DNA of 60,528 nucleotides from Patescibacteria group bacterium (GCA_036391995.1 DASVYU010000034.1:1-60528), one strand, 5' to 3'; counted from the first letter of the stretch, positions 28,144-37,807 are shown. Notes: generated by a model not told the origin, from the sequence alone. Program-made: numbers and translations.

Positions 28144-28968
28144 TGCAAAGCTTGTATCATTTGTGATTCTGAGTCGAGTTAATTCTAGGGATGGAGATTT
28201 TTCATCATCAATGCCGGAGTGTGTCGTGGTTGCTGTGATGTAACCGGCTCTCTTTACGGCTTCCAATGTTAGTTTGTCATATTTTCCTCCTGGATAGCAG
28301 AAATCATTCACTGGCCTGCCTAGCTCTTTTTCAAGTATGTTTTTGCTGGTGAAAACTTCATCCTTCAATCTCGCTGGAGAAAGATTTTGGAGTTCCACGT
28401 GATTCATCGTGTGGGAGCCGAAAATCATGCCGGCAGCTTGCATTTCTCTGATCTCATCCCAACTCAGATAACTAGGTTTATTGACGTTGTTTATGATTAT
28501 GTAGAAAACGCCGATAAAACCATGCTGTTTAAGGAGTGGAAAAGCCTCATCATAAGCATCTTGATATCCATCATCAAAAGTGAGCACAACAGGTTTTTTG
28601 TCCATGGCAACCGGATTGCTGAAGTAATCAAGTCCCACGGTCGCATAGTTGTTATCTTGTAGCCATTGCAGCTGCTTGGAAAGCGTGTCTGGGGCCACGG
28701 AAAGATTCGTGCCGATCGGATCAGCCGGATTGTTGTAGCTGCGAATAAAATGATACATCATGACCGGCAGCGAGAAAGAGGAAATTTTTTGTTCTGCGGT
28801 AGCGTTTGCCGTTGGTTTGGACTCTGAAAGAGTCTGTGACTCCTGCGCGACATAATTTTGCACAGCTATTACTTGCGGATTGCGCGAAGAAAAGAAAAGG
28901 ACTGCCGCAATGGATCCCAAAACACTGATAGTTGCAAATAATATCAAAAATTTGATTCTCATAAGCAT
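28126..28968 (-). CDS. Polysaccharide deacetylase (CE4/NodB), membrane-anchored; probable start 28968 or 28962
   Basis: PVMMYH; VLTFDDGY; GSHTMNH; FCYPGG. Confidence 0.9.
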   Translation of the reverse strand: MLMRIKFLILFATISVLGSIAAVLFFSSRNPQVIAVQNYVAQESQTLSESKPTANATAEQKISSFSLPVMMYHFIRSYNNPADPIGTNLSVAPDTLSKQLQWLQDNNYATVGLDYFSNPVAMDKKPVVLTFDDGYQDAYDEAFPLLKQHGFIGVFYIIINNVNKPSYLSWDEIREMQAAGMIFGSHTMNHVELQNLSPARLKDEVFTSKNILEKELGRPVNDFCYPGGKYDKLTLEAVKRAGYITATTTHSGIDDEKSPSLELTRLRITNDTSFAKILAP

Positions 28969-29007
28969 ATTATACAATAATAGTCGCATCACGCTAATGG
29001 ATGGATA

Positions 29008-29080
29008 TTGACTTTTGGCTCCGGATGGTGTATAATGGACATATGAAGATGAAAAAAACGGGTGAACAAAGCCCGTTTTT
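29008..29080 (+). promoter_or_regulatory. Promoter plus GGGUGA-loop leader hairpin (copy A)
   Basis: TTGACT, 17 bp, TATAAT, then AAAAACGGG-TGAACAAAG-CCCGTTTTT. Confidence 0.65.
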
Positions 29081-29157
29081 ATTATTTTCTTCAAACTACC
29101 AAGTTAATTAATTTAATTGCCAAGCTGTAGGGGCAGCTGGTACAAAAACAAAAAAAT

Positions 29158-29301
29158 ATGCAGCAGACACAACACAAGTGTCCTCATTGCACAAAACGTG
29201 CAAATGAAGAAAAGCAGCAGGAGGAAATGCACTTTGCAGTGCTTGTCTCCCTGGTCCCACTTCTAGTGTTCACGCTTTTCGGCCAAATGGGCCTCTTCTA
29301 A
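29158..29301 (+). CDS. 47-aa protein with CxxC and C-terminal TM (not in ORF track)
   Basis: MQQTQHKCPHCTKRANEEKQQEEMHFAVLVSLVPLLVFTLFGQMGLF*; has its own promoter and terminator. Confidence 0.75.
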   Translation: MQQTQHKCPHCTKRANEEKQQEEMHFAVLVSLVPLLVFTLFGQMGLF

Positions 29302-29309
29302 AAACAGAA

Positions 29310-29332
29310 TACCGCCGCGAGGCGGTTTTTGT
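29310..29332 (+). terminator. Intrinsic terminator
   Basis: ACCGCC-GCGA-GGCGGT followed by a T tract. Confidence 0.75.
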
Positions 29333-29418
29333 TTTGGTCAAATTAGAAGTTAAGCACCTAAAATGCGTATTAATAAAGTAATAATAAAGGATATTAAAAT
29401 AATGAAAGGAGGTGTTAT

Positions 29419-29697
29419 ATGATGTACGGTTACTATCCTCATATGGGATATTTAGGCTATGGCTTCGGTCTGGGCTGGATTTTCATGCTTATTTTCTGGA
29501 TATTGGTCATTTGGGCAATTATTGCGTTGGTAAGAGGTTTCAGTGGCGGGCACTGGCATGACAGACACTGCACGCATTGCGGGGAAGGCATGGAGGATTC
29601 GGCCATGAAAACTCTCAGGGAGCGCTATGCTAAAGGTGAGATCAATAAGGAGGAGTTTGAGTCCAAGAAGAAGGATCTGATGGGTAAGACTGAATAA
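29419..29697 (+). CDS. SHOCT-domain membrane protein
   Basis: Gly/Tyr-rich N-terminus, TM, then AMKTLRERYAKGEINKEEFE; SD AAGGAGG. Confidence 0.9.
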   Translation: MMYGYYPHMGYLGYGFGLGWIFMLIFWILVIWAIIALVRGFSGGHWHDRHCTHCGEGMEDSAMKTLRERYAKGEINKEEFESKKKDLMGKTE

Positions 29698-29757
29698 GTA
29701 ACGTGCCAAGCAACTCACAGGCTGCTATACTGAAAAAGGAAAAATTAACAAAAAACT

Positions 29758-29928
29758 ATGATTCCAAAATGGTTCGTTTGGTTTTGTGTCATTATTGGAT
29801 CCACAGCAGGCGCCTATTTGCCGATGCTGTGGGGGAGTGACGTCTTGTCCGTGTCCTCAGTTATATTCAGCGGTATAGGCGGGCTGCTTGGCATCTGGGT
29901 GGCTGTTAAGGTGGGAAATTTTATCTGA
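29758..29928 (+). CDS. 56-aa two-TM membrane protein (not in ORF track)
   Basis: MIPKWFVWFCVIIGSTAGAYLPMLWGSDVLSVSSVIFSGIGGLLGIWVAVKVGNFI*. Confidence 0.7.
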   Translation: MIPKWFVWFCVIIGSTAGAYLPMLWGSDVLSVSSVIFSGIGGLLGIWVAVKVGNFI

Positions 29929-30120
29929 CCGATCATTATATATTGTTATATTTGACAAGTAATGAAATTTTTCAAGAGCTGCATGTTTGAGAATCCGCAT
30001 TTCCTCTGAAATTCTTTGTTTCTTGTGTTGGGCGCACAAAGAATTTCAGTCAGAAAATGCAGGGTTAGAGTTCAGCTCGCAGAAAAATTTGCATTACTTG
30101 TCTTACAGCGCAGAGGCTTT

Positions 30121-31332
30121 ATGGCCAAAGAAAAAATAAAAACCCAATATGTTCCTTTGGCTGATCGTATGCGGCCGCAAAAACTGGCTGATTTTTTCGG
30201 GCAGCAGGAATTGGTTGGCGAAAAATCCTTTCTGCGCAAAGCTATTTTGGATGATTATGTGCCTTCGCTTATTTTGTGGGGACCTCCAGGCAGTGGCAAG
30301 ACGACTTTAGCTACGATTATTGCCAATGAGACTAATGCTGAATTTTTGCAGCTCAGCGGCGTTGTGAGCGGCAAAAAGGACTTACTTGCTGTCATCAAAG
30401 AAGCGGAAGAGAACAAAAAGCTTGGCAAGAAAACAATTCTTTTCATCGATGAAATCCATCGATGGAACAAGGCTCAGCAAGATGCGCTGCTGCCGCATGT
30501 CGAACACGGCACTGCTACTTTGATCGGAGCGACGACTGAGAATCCGAGCTTTGAAATCATCTCGCCATTGGTGTCGCGTTCGCGTGTTTTCGTGCTGAAT
30601 AAATTGGAAGCCGAAGATATTGAGAAAATATTAAGGCACGCTCTTGCTGACAAGGAAAACGGACTGGGCAAGAAAAAAATAAAAATTTCCAAGGAAATTA
30701 TTTCTGAAATAAGCAAATTGGCCAATGGCGATGCCAGGATGGCACTCAACACCTTGGAAGCAGCAGCGGAGCAGAGCTCCAATGTGACACATGATCTCAT
30801 TAAACAGGTGCTGCAAAAATCGCATCTTTATTACGATAAGACAGGTGAGGAGCATTACAACATAATCAGCGCATTGCACAAATCCATGCGCGGCGGTGAT
30901 GCTGATGCGGCTCTATATTGGCTCTCGCGTATGCTGGAAGGCGGGGAAGATCCTCTTTATGTAGCGCGCAGACTGCTGCGCTTTGCCAGCGAAGACGTGG
31001 GTTTAGCGGACAATTTCGCACTTGTGCTTGCAAACAGTGTTTTTGATTCTTGCCACAAGATCGGCATGCCCGAATGCTCTGTGCATCTGGCGCAGCTCGT
31101 TGTCTATCTTTCTCAGGCTAAGAAAAGCGTGAGCGCTTACTTGGCATACGGCAAAGCCAAAAAAGATGTGCAGGAATACGGCAACTTGCCGGTGCCTATG
31201 CATATAAGAAACGCGCCGACCAAGCTGATGGAAAAGCTGGGTTACGGCAAGGGCTACAAATACACGCCGCTTGAAGACAGCAGTGGGCAGGAATATTTTC
31301 CAGACGAGTTAGAAGGAAGAAAATATATTTAA
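30121..31332 (+). CDS. rarA: Replication-associated recombination protein A (MgsA/RarA); probable start 30121
   Basis: PLADRMRP; GPPGSGKTT; FIDEIHRWNKAQQD; SALHKSMRG; ASEDVG. Confidence 0.95.
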   Translation: MAKEKIKTQYVPLADRMRPQKLADFFGQQELVGEKSFLRKAILDDYVPSLILWGPPGSGKTTLATIIANETNAEFLQLSGVVSGKKDLLAVIKEAEENKKLGKKTILFIDEIHRWNKAQQDALLPHVEHGTATLIGATTENPSFEIISPLVSRSRVFVLNKLEAEDIEKILRHALADKENGLGKKKIKISKEIISEISKLANGDARMALNTLEAAAEQSSNVTHDLIKQVLQKSHLYYDKTGEEHYNIISALHKSMRGGDADAALYWLSRMLEGGEDPLYVARRLLRFASEDVGLADNFALVLANSVFDSCHKIGMPECSVHLAQLVVYLSQAKKSVSAYLAYGKAKKDVQEYGNLPVPMHIRNAPTKLMEKLGYGKGYKYTPLEDSSGQEYFPDELEGRKYI

Positions 31333-31350
31333 CTTGCAAATGTTTAGCTG

Positions 31351-33645
31351 TTAGATCTTTTTGCCTGGTCTTCTGCCCACAAAAGGATTGGTTAGCGGCC
31401 ATTCAATTTCCGGAAAAGCTTTCTTGAGGTGGTTTATTTGATGCCCTGTGTATATTTGCAAAGCAGAAGCACCCATATGCTGTTCAATGAAGTTTTTAAC
31501 GCCTTCTTCTCTTAGTTTTTTTAATATAATAAGCTTTGCATTGTCATAATCTCTTCGTTCCAAAAATTCACGTACGCCACCTATGTTTTTAAGTATCGTA
31601 TCCCTATAATTTCTTTCAGTAGCGGACAGATTGGACAATACGTCTTCCGGTGTTGTTTTTGGGACATTCCGCTTTCTAGAGCCGCTTTTGCTGTAGGGAA
31701 GATTGTCTGGCCAATTTATCTCTGGTAATGCTCCTTTGAGCATGTCTATCTGCTTGTTGAAAAGTCCACTGCCAGTTATTGACTTGAGGTGTTTATTTAC
31801 AAAGTTAGAAGAACCGAATTCCAGCAGATGTCCCATAATTATTTCACGCGCCTTCTCAAATTGACCATCGGCTATCAATTCTTTGGTTCCAGGAATATTT
31901 TCCAGAACCACGTTCCTGTATTTTTGACTCCAAGAAGCCTTTTTATCCTCAATGCTTGAAAATACAGTTCGGCCTCCTTTTTTTGCCAATTTTAATTCGC
32001 TTTCAGGCATCTCCGGCATGAGAGCTTTTATGATAGCTTCCTTATTGGGTAATTCCTGATCCTTTCCGTCGACTATATATTTGAGACCTATTTTATAAAA
32101 CTCTTCCGTATTGAATTGGCTGAACCACTCTGCTGCTGTAGGGTAGTCTTTTTCTTCGACAGCTTTTTCTATTTCGGGGTAATTACTGAAAATAGCATCG
32201 CGTATGTTGTCAATTTTTTCTTCTAATGGTCTATTTTTCCAATGATATTTTTTCATTCGCAATTCTTTGGCTGTAAATGAAAATTCGGGGAATATTTCCG
32301 CATAAAGCTCCTTCAAATTGCTGAAATGTCTTACGATCATTTGAATAATATTCGGAGGAAAATCGCTATGTTGCAGCTTGGCAATCAGCTCGTGGGCTTG
32401 TTCGCTGTTGCCGCTTTGCATGGCTCCGTCTATTTCAGGAAATTTTTTTAATATATATTTTTTAATTAAATCACAGAATTTTTCTTTATTTTGAAGCCAT
32501 TTTTCCATGGATACAATTTCTTCCGTATAATGCTGAAAAGGATCAGAGGCCATCAGATCAGTCAATCTTTGTTGCCAACTATCCGTACGCATAATACGAA
32601 CACAACCCATGTCTCTTAATGAACCTTTTGTTTCTCTGGCCAGTTCCTGCCAGTTTTCAGTTCGGGGCAGAACATACAGAGCATTGTTTGACCAGGGTGA
32701 AGCTATAATAACCAATTTTTCGAAAACATAAGCCCTGTATTCATTTTTATCCCCATTGCCTTCGCTTCCATTTCTGGAAATGAAGATTTTTTCTGGCTTT
32801 AAATTCTCAATAAAGGCTATTCTTTCTTCGTCAATGTAGGTTTCTCTGTGTCTTGTTTCTTTTGAACCATTTCCGTTCCTGGGCGATCCTTCGCCGGCAG
32901 GTAACATTTCCCATTGCAGGGTACTTATCTGTTGTTCTGTTCGTCCGCTTTTCAATAGTTCATTTCTTATTTTTTCAAGTTCCGGAAGATATCTTGCGTG
33001 CTGGGTGGTTTCTGAGAGCAGTTCCAGTGCTTTGTTTATGCGCAAAATATTGCGTTGCGCCATCCTGGCATCCAAGGCCTCGCTGGCATTGTTTAAAGGA
33101 TCGATATAAGCCTCGGCAAACTCTTGGTCGGCGCTCAAGAGATCTTGCAGTTTTTCTACAATATCCTGCTGTTTTTTTATTTCTGATTCTACGGATGATA
33201 ATGCTACGTCTAATTCTTTTGAGATCTCATAATATTGGCGAGATGAATCAGTCCCATATTGATTTTCATGAGGTCCTATTTTGGCGTACAGATCGGCAAT
33301 GTAGGAATCAAGATCATTGTGCAGATTTTCGGCAAAGGGTATGTCTTTAAGAAATTTTCCCGCAAGTCTGGTTTTGATGTAATTGTCTACGCCTCGTTCG
33401 AAATTTAAAGTTTTAATGCTTTCAAGTATTCTTTCTATTTTTTCTCTTATTTCGCTATAACGCTTTTCATATACTGCCGTGTTTTCCGTTGAGCTTATGT
33501 CTTGTTGAATAAGGAAATCCAAATTCTCCAATATTTTGGAGTTTTTTTCTTTTTCTTTGCCTAATTCTTTCACTTGTTCACGTTTTTGCTCAGTGGAATT
33601 TTCGAAAGTTGAAGACATAATTGATGGATTCATATTATGCTCCAA
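31351..33645 (-). CDS. Large hypothetical protein: coiled coil, central globular domain, four C-terminal repeats
   Basis: 764-aa ORF; about 90-aa repeats each ending L...[F/L/M]PE. Confidence 0.8.
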   Translation of the reverse strand: MEHNMNPSIMSSTFENSTEQKREQVKELGKEKEKNSKILENLDFLIQQDISSTENTAVYEKRYSEIREKIERILESIKTLNFERGVDNYIKTRLAGKFLKDIPFAENLHNDLDSYIADLYAKIGPHENQYGTDSSRQYYEISKELDVALSSVESEIKKQQDIVEKLQDLLSADQEFAEAYIDPLNNASEALDARMAQRNILRINKALELLSETTQHARYLPELEKIRNELLKSGRTEQQISTLQWEMLPAGEGSPRNGNGSKETRHRETYIDEERIAFIENLKPEKIFISRNGSEGNGDKNEYRAYVFEKLVIIASPWSNNALYVLPRTENWQELARETKGSLRDMGCVRIMRTDSWQQRLTDLMASDPFQHYTEEIVSMEKWLQNKEKFCDLIKKYILKKFPEIDGAMQSGNSEQAHELIAKLQHSDFPPNIIQMIVRHFSNLKELYAEIFPEFSFTAKELRMKKYHWKNRPLEEKIDNIRDAIFSNYPEIEKAVEEKDYPTAAEWFSQFNTEEFYKIGLKYIVDGKDQELPNKEAIIKALMPEMPESELKLAKKGGRTVFSSIEDKKASWSQKYRNVVLENIPGTKELIADGQFEKAREIIMGHLLEFGSSNFVNKHLKSITGSGLFNKQIDMLKGALPEINWPDNLPYSKSGSRKRNVPKTTPEDVLSNLSATERNYRDTILKNIGGVREFLERRDYDNAKLIILKKLREEGVKNFIEQHMGASALQIYTGHQINHLKKAFPEIEWPLTNPFVGRRPGKKI

Positions 33646-33747
33646 TTATAACAAAAATAAGTCATTTTATAAAATTGGTTAAGTTGAAATCTCCTTATGT
33701 TCTGCGCAGCAGAGTTCAAAGGCAAAAAACACTGGTTGCCGGAAGTT

Positions 33748-34179
33748 TTATTGTTGATTGTTTGCGCGCATGATTAGGTTTATGAGGAATTGAATGAAAG
33801 TGCCAAACCCTGCGACAGAAAGAAAGATGATGAACGGATATGCCAAAGGTGTCAGGAAAAAGAAGAATGAGATCAGCAATGCTGCCCATATGCCTGTGCA
33901 CCAAGGACAATCCAAAAGATCGTGCATGGATTTTTTGGGTCCGCTTTGAGTCTCAGAAAAATAATCGCGAATGAAATCAGCGACTGTGTCATAGACAAAT
34001 AGGCGCGTGAGACGGAATGTGGCCAAGGAAAGAAGTGAGAAGTTAAAAACGGAAATATGCGTCGGCAATTTTCCTAGAGCCCAGAGCGTGAAAACCATTG
34101 CCACGGAAATAATGGCGTATGCTGACATGGAAACGAAGTGCCAGAAATGCTGATTGTTTTTTATGTAAGTTTCATCCAT
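33748..34179 (-). CDS. DUF1360-family membrane protein
   Basis: LATFRLTRLFVYD; LLDCPWCTGIWAA. Confidence 0.88.
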   Translation of the reverse strand: MDETYIKNNQHFWHFVSMSAYAIISVAMVFTLWALGKLPTHISVFNFSLLSLATFRLTRLFVYDTVADFIRDYFSETQSGPKKSMHDLLDCPWCTGIWAALLISFFFFLTPLAYPFIIFLSVAGFGTFIQFLINLIMRANNQQ

Positions 34180-34252
34180 AGGTTTTAATTAGCTGTTCAG
34201 ATGTAATACTTTGCAATATTTTATAAATTACGTTTCCATGGTCTTGCCCCTC

Positions 34253-34331
34253 TTGATTTTTTCTCGGATTGGGTGTATAATGAAGTTAGCAAAATAGATA
34301 GAGCAAAAACGGGTGACTGCCCGTTTTTGCT
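34253..34331 (+). promoter_or_regulatory. Promoter plus GGGUGA-loop leader hairpin (copy B)
   Basis: TTGATT, 17 bp, TATAAT, then AGCAAAAACGGG-TGACTG-CCCGTTTTTGCT. Confidence 0.65.
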
Positions 34332-34346
34332 TTAATTAAGACAAAA

Positions 34347-35102
34347 ATGCCTAAAAAAACCCAAAACAAAAGAACAAAAAGCTCTCCCAAGAAGTCCAAA
34401 AAGACTTCTGTCTCCAAAAAGACTGCTGGAAAGGAGGTTGTCAAAAAGGCTGCCAAAAGGATTGCCAAAAAGACTACAAGAACCATGGCACTTGCTCGCA
34501 GGAAAAAGGAAGCCCTTTTCCATTTCGGAAATATTTCAAAGGAAAACTCACGCATCCTTGTTTTGGTCGTCATGATCATTTTTGTCTGTACGATGCTGAT
34601 CATTACCCAAATGACGCAGGCAAATGATTCAGGTGCTTCTGCAAATGTTCAGATTGTTCAGATCAAAAAAGAAACACCAATCCAAAAAGAGATCAAAGAG
34701 ATGGTTCAAGGTTATCCGATTCAGGATATGACGCCTTTCATTCTGCAGCAGGATCCGAAAGTCGCAGCTTTTCTTATTGCGATTGCCAAAAAGGAAAGTG
34801 CTTGGGGGCTCCATCATCCAGTACTTAATGGCCAAGATTGCTATAATTATTGGGGCTTCCGCTTGAAGAGCGATAAGATGGGTAGCGGAGGACACACTTG
34901 TTTTGATTCCCCTAAGGATGCTGTCGACACAGTGGCGGCTCGCCTCAATGAACTGGTGAAGGTTGAGAACATCGATTCACCTAAAGAAATGATCGTTTGG
35001 AAATGCGGCTATGGCTGCCAAGACAAGACCAAGACTGCTGAAGAGCAGAAATGGATCAAAGATGTTAATATCTATTACAGCACCCTGACGCAGAATTTAT
35101 AA
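34347..35102 (+). CDS. Membrane-anchored GH73/lysozyme-like protein, paralog 1
   Basis: Lys-rich N-terminus, TM, IAKKESAWG...YNYWGFR...CFDSP. Confidence 0.7.
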   Translation: MPKKTQNKRTKSSPKKSKKTSVSKKTAGKEVVKKAAKRIAKKTTRTMALARRKKEALFHFGNISKENSRILVLVVMIIFVCTMLIITQMTQANDSGASANVQIVQIKKETPIQKEIKEMVQGYPIQDMTPFILQQDPKVAAFLIAIAKKESAWGLHHPVLNGQDCYNYWGFRLKSDKMGSGGHTCFDSPKDAVDTVAARLNELVKVENIDSPKEMIVWKCGYGCQDKTKTAEEQKWIKDVNIYYSTLTQNL

Positions 35103-35123
35103 GAAATTCAATAGAGAAAAACC

Positions 35124-35150
35124 CGCCTGCGCTAAAGCTACGGCGAGGCG
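35124..35150. repeat. Small GC-rich palindrome (REP-like or terminator)
   Basis: CGCCT-GCGCTAAAGCTACGGCG-AGGCG. Confidence 0.45.
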
Positions 35151-35365
35151 AGTAAAAACAAAAACAAAAACAAAAACATGGTGCGCGCAAAATATCTGCG
35201 GCACCGTTTTTGTATCTAGAGCGAACGCTTGCGTGATCCCATGAATACTGATATATTTGCATGGCAATGCCAAGCCCGAAGGTTTGGTTTTTTGTTACAT
35301 TGTTGTTTCACAATTTGCTGTAAAAATATCAACGGAGTCAAAACCAGGAAAGGGAGGAAGGAAAG

Positions 35366-36847
35366 ATGACGGAAAAGTATGTGTTTAGTGAAGAGGCCGT
35401 GATGCTGCTTAATCAGAACATGACCTACAGGCATGTCCTTTCAGAGCGGTATCCATCGAAAGAGATGAAAGAGTGGTTTTCTGGCATGGCTATCATAAGC
35501 CGTTGGAGGCAGATGTGGATTGAAATTGCCAGGGGCCAGATGAATCTCGGCATAGAGAGGATTCGGCCTGAGATGCTCGAAGAGATGCAGCGCAATAAGA
35601 TGCTCATCGACTTCGTGCTAGCCAAAAAGGAAGAGGCCGCTCGCAAGCATGATGTGATGGCCCATGTGCACACCTTCGGCGCTATTTGCCCGACAGCTGC
35701 TCCGATCATTCATCTGGGCTGCACGTCATGCGAGATTACTGACAACTCTGAACTCATCGCGATGAGGGACGGCCTGCAGATGATCGCTGTCCAGCTGGCA
35801 CGTGCCATCAATTATCTCAAGAAGATAGCATTGCAATGGAAAGATCAGCCGACGCTAGCTTGGACTCATTTCCAATTCGCTCAGCCTACCACTGTCGGCA
35901 AACGGATTTGCATCTGGATCCAGGATCTCATGCTCGACCTCATGGAAATCGAAAGACTCATTGAAGAGCTGCGGTTCCGCGGCATCCAAGGGACGACCGG
36001 CACACAGGCTAGCTTCTTGGAACTCTTTGAAGGGGACCATGCCAAAGTGAAGGAATTGAACAGGATGGTCACAAAAGCTTGCGGTTTCAAAAAGTCCTTC
36101 ATCATCACAGGGCAGACATACACTCGAAAGCAGGATGCCATGATTCTTTCGCGCTTGGCTTCACTGGCGGCATCGCTGCACAAGATCGGCACGGACATCA
36201 GGTTGCTGGCCAACAAGATGGAGATGGAAGAGCCTAGTACTGAGGGCCAGGACGGCTCAAGTGCTATGCCGTTCAAGCGCAACCCCATGTTAAATGAGCG
36301 GTTGTGTTCCTTGGCTAGGTATCTCTGGAATCTTCTTCCGAATGCCAATGAGACGCATGCGCTGCAGTGGCTTGAAAGAACGTTGGATGACAGCGCTGGA
36401 AGGCGCATGTACATTTCAGAAGCGTTCCTTACGGCTGATGCGGCTTTGATCATCCTGCAGAAGATAGCTGGCGGCCTGATCGTTTATCCGAAAATGATCG
36501 AGCGCAACATGCAGGAACCCCTGCAATTTCTTGCTTCCGAAGAGATACTCATGGATGTAGTGAGAGCTGGCGGCAGCAGGCAGGAGGCGCATGAGAAGGT
36601 TAAACTGCACAGTTTGGCTGCGGGCAGGAGAATCAAGCAGGAAGGACTTCCTTGTGACCTGTTCGAACGCATCAGAAGCGATGATTTCTTTGCTCCCGTG
36701 CATGACAAGCTGGATTCTTTCCTCGACCCGAGTAGGTTTATCGGCAGAGCTCCTTTTCAAGTCGAGGAGTTCATTGAGGAAGAAATAAACCCGCTGCTTG
36801 CGAAGTATGAAGGTCAGCTCGAGAAGGAAGTGGTCATCAATGTCTGA
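35366..36847 (+). CDS. purB: Adenylosuccinate lyase
   Basis: HDVMAHV; IHLGCTS; THFQFAQPTTVGKR; GTTGT; signature SSAMPFKRNP. Confidence 0.93.
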   Translation: MTEKYVFSEEAVMLLNQNMTYRHVLSERYPSKEMKEWFSGMAIISRWRQMWIEIARGQMNLGIERIRPEMLEEMQRNKMLIDFVLAKKEEAARKHDVMAHVHTFGAICPTAAPIIHLGCTSCEITDNSELIAMRDGLQMIAVQLARAINYLKKIALQWKDQPTLAWTHFQFAQPTTVGKRICIWIQDLMLDLMEIERLIEELRFRGIQGTTGTQASFLELFEGDHAKVKELNRMVTKACGFKKSFIITGQTYTRKQDAMILSRLASLAASLHKIGTDIRLLANKMEMEEPSTEGQDGSSAMPFKRNPMLNERLCSLARYLWNLLPNANETHALQWLERTLDDSAGRRMYISEAFLTADAALIILQKIAGGLIVYPKMIERNMQEPLQFLASEEILMDVVRAGGSRQEAHEKVKLHSLAAGRRIKQEGLPCDLFERIRSDDFFAPVHDKLDSFLDPSRFIGRAPFQVEEFIEEEINPLLAKYEGQLEKEVVINV

Positions 36848-36879
36848 AAGGACTGTATGATTGAAAGGAGGCGATTGAT

Positions 36880-37050
36880 TTGAGTCTCAAAAATGCACGT
36901 GAGGATGGCTTTTCCGGACAGGATAAATGTGAATTCTGCGGGGATTGGTTTGTTAGAAATTCCGTGACGTGCGACGATGAATTCAAGAAGCATTTGATGA
37001 AATGCCTCTTGAGACCGAAGGATTCCATGGGTTGGCATGATGATTGCTGA
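36880..37050 (+). CDS. 56-aa putative C2HC zinc-finger protein (TTG start; not in ORF track)
   Basis: SD AAGGAGG 8 nt upstream; CEFC-x17-H-x3-C; followed by a 12-bp terminator stem. Confidence 0.7.
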   Translation: MSLKNAREDGFSGQDKCEFCGDWFVRNSVTCDDEFKKHLMKCLLRPKDSMGWHDDC

Positions 37051-37090
37051 CTCTGCTGTTGCTAGCTGCTCGGCGAGTGGCTATAAAAGC

Positions 37091-37127
37091 AAGCACTACC
37101 ACATGTAAATGTGTGGTAGTGCTTTTT
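37091..37127 (+). terminator. Intrinsic terminator
   Basis: AAGCACTACCAC / GTGGTAGTGCTT followed by Ts. Confidence 0.75.
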
Positions 37128-37257
37128 CTTACTCTTTTTAAAATTTTTTTAATGTGCTATGATGAAAAACGCCTGTCCTGTTAAATAATTTTGCTCTGCA
37201 AAATTGCCCGCAGGGCATTTAACAGGATAAATAACTAATAAACAAAAAAGCAAAAAT

Positions 37258-37629
37258 ATGCAGAACATCCAGGAAATTTTTAATCAGATCAGGGAGATGA
37301 AGAAGGAGCAGAAGGATCTTAAGGAAATGTATAAGGACGCGCTGGCGCAAGCTGACAAATACGATGAGATCGTGGAGGAAATCAAGGTGCTGCGCGAGAA
37401 GAAAAAAGAGATCGAGACCCGCATCCAAGGGGAACTCGGCAGAGCCTGGGAGAAACTGGATGATCTCAAGCGGGAAGTGGACATGCAGAAAGAAATGATG
37501 AATGATATTGCGCTGACGACGCTCATGAAAGGGGAGACTGTGGAAGTGAAAGACGAATTCGACAACGCCTATGAGCCGACTTGGAAAGTCAATTTCAAGA
37601 AGACAAACATGGGCAAGACGACTGAATAA
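37258..37629 (+). CDS. Coiled-coil hypothetical protein (123 aa)
   Basis: Charged helical ORF with a short beta-rich C-terminus. Confidence 0.8.
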   Translation: MQNIQEIFNQIREMKKEQKDLKEMYKDALAQADKYDEIVEEIKVLREKKKEIETRIQGELGRAWEKLDDLKREVDMQKEMMNDIALTTLMKGETVEVKDEFDNAYEPTWKVNFKKTNMGKTTE

Positions 37630-37647
37630 CATTTTTTCAGCTCACTT

Positions 37648-37747
37648 AAAGGGCCACATGAAAACTTTTTGCTTGCCTTTCCCTCGCCAATAAATGATGG
37701 GACATGGCATCGGCCGGACGGCGCAAAAAGCATTCATGTGGTCCTTT
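37648..37747. repeat. 100-bp long-stem intergenic element
   Basis: AAAGGGCCACATGAA / TTCATGTGGTCCTTT, then CTTTTTGC / GCAAAAAG, with a 50-nt interior. Confidence 0.65.
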
Positions 37748-37807
37748 TGCATAGATGGTAAGGTTTTGTCTTGCTTAAATCACAAAATTATAGGATAATT
37801 CCAATCT

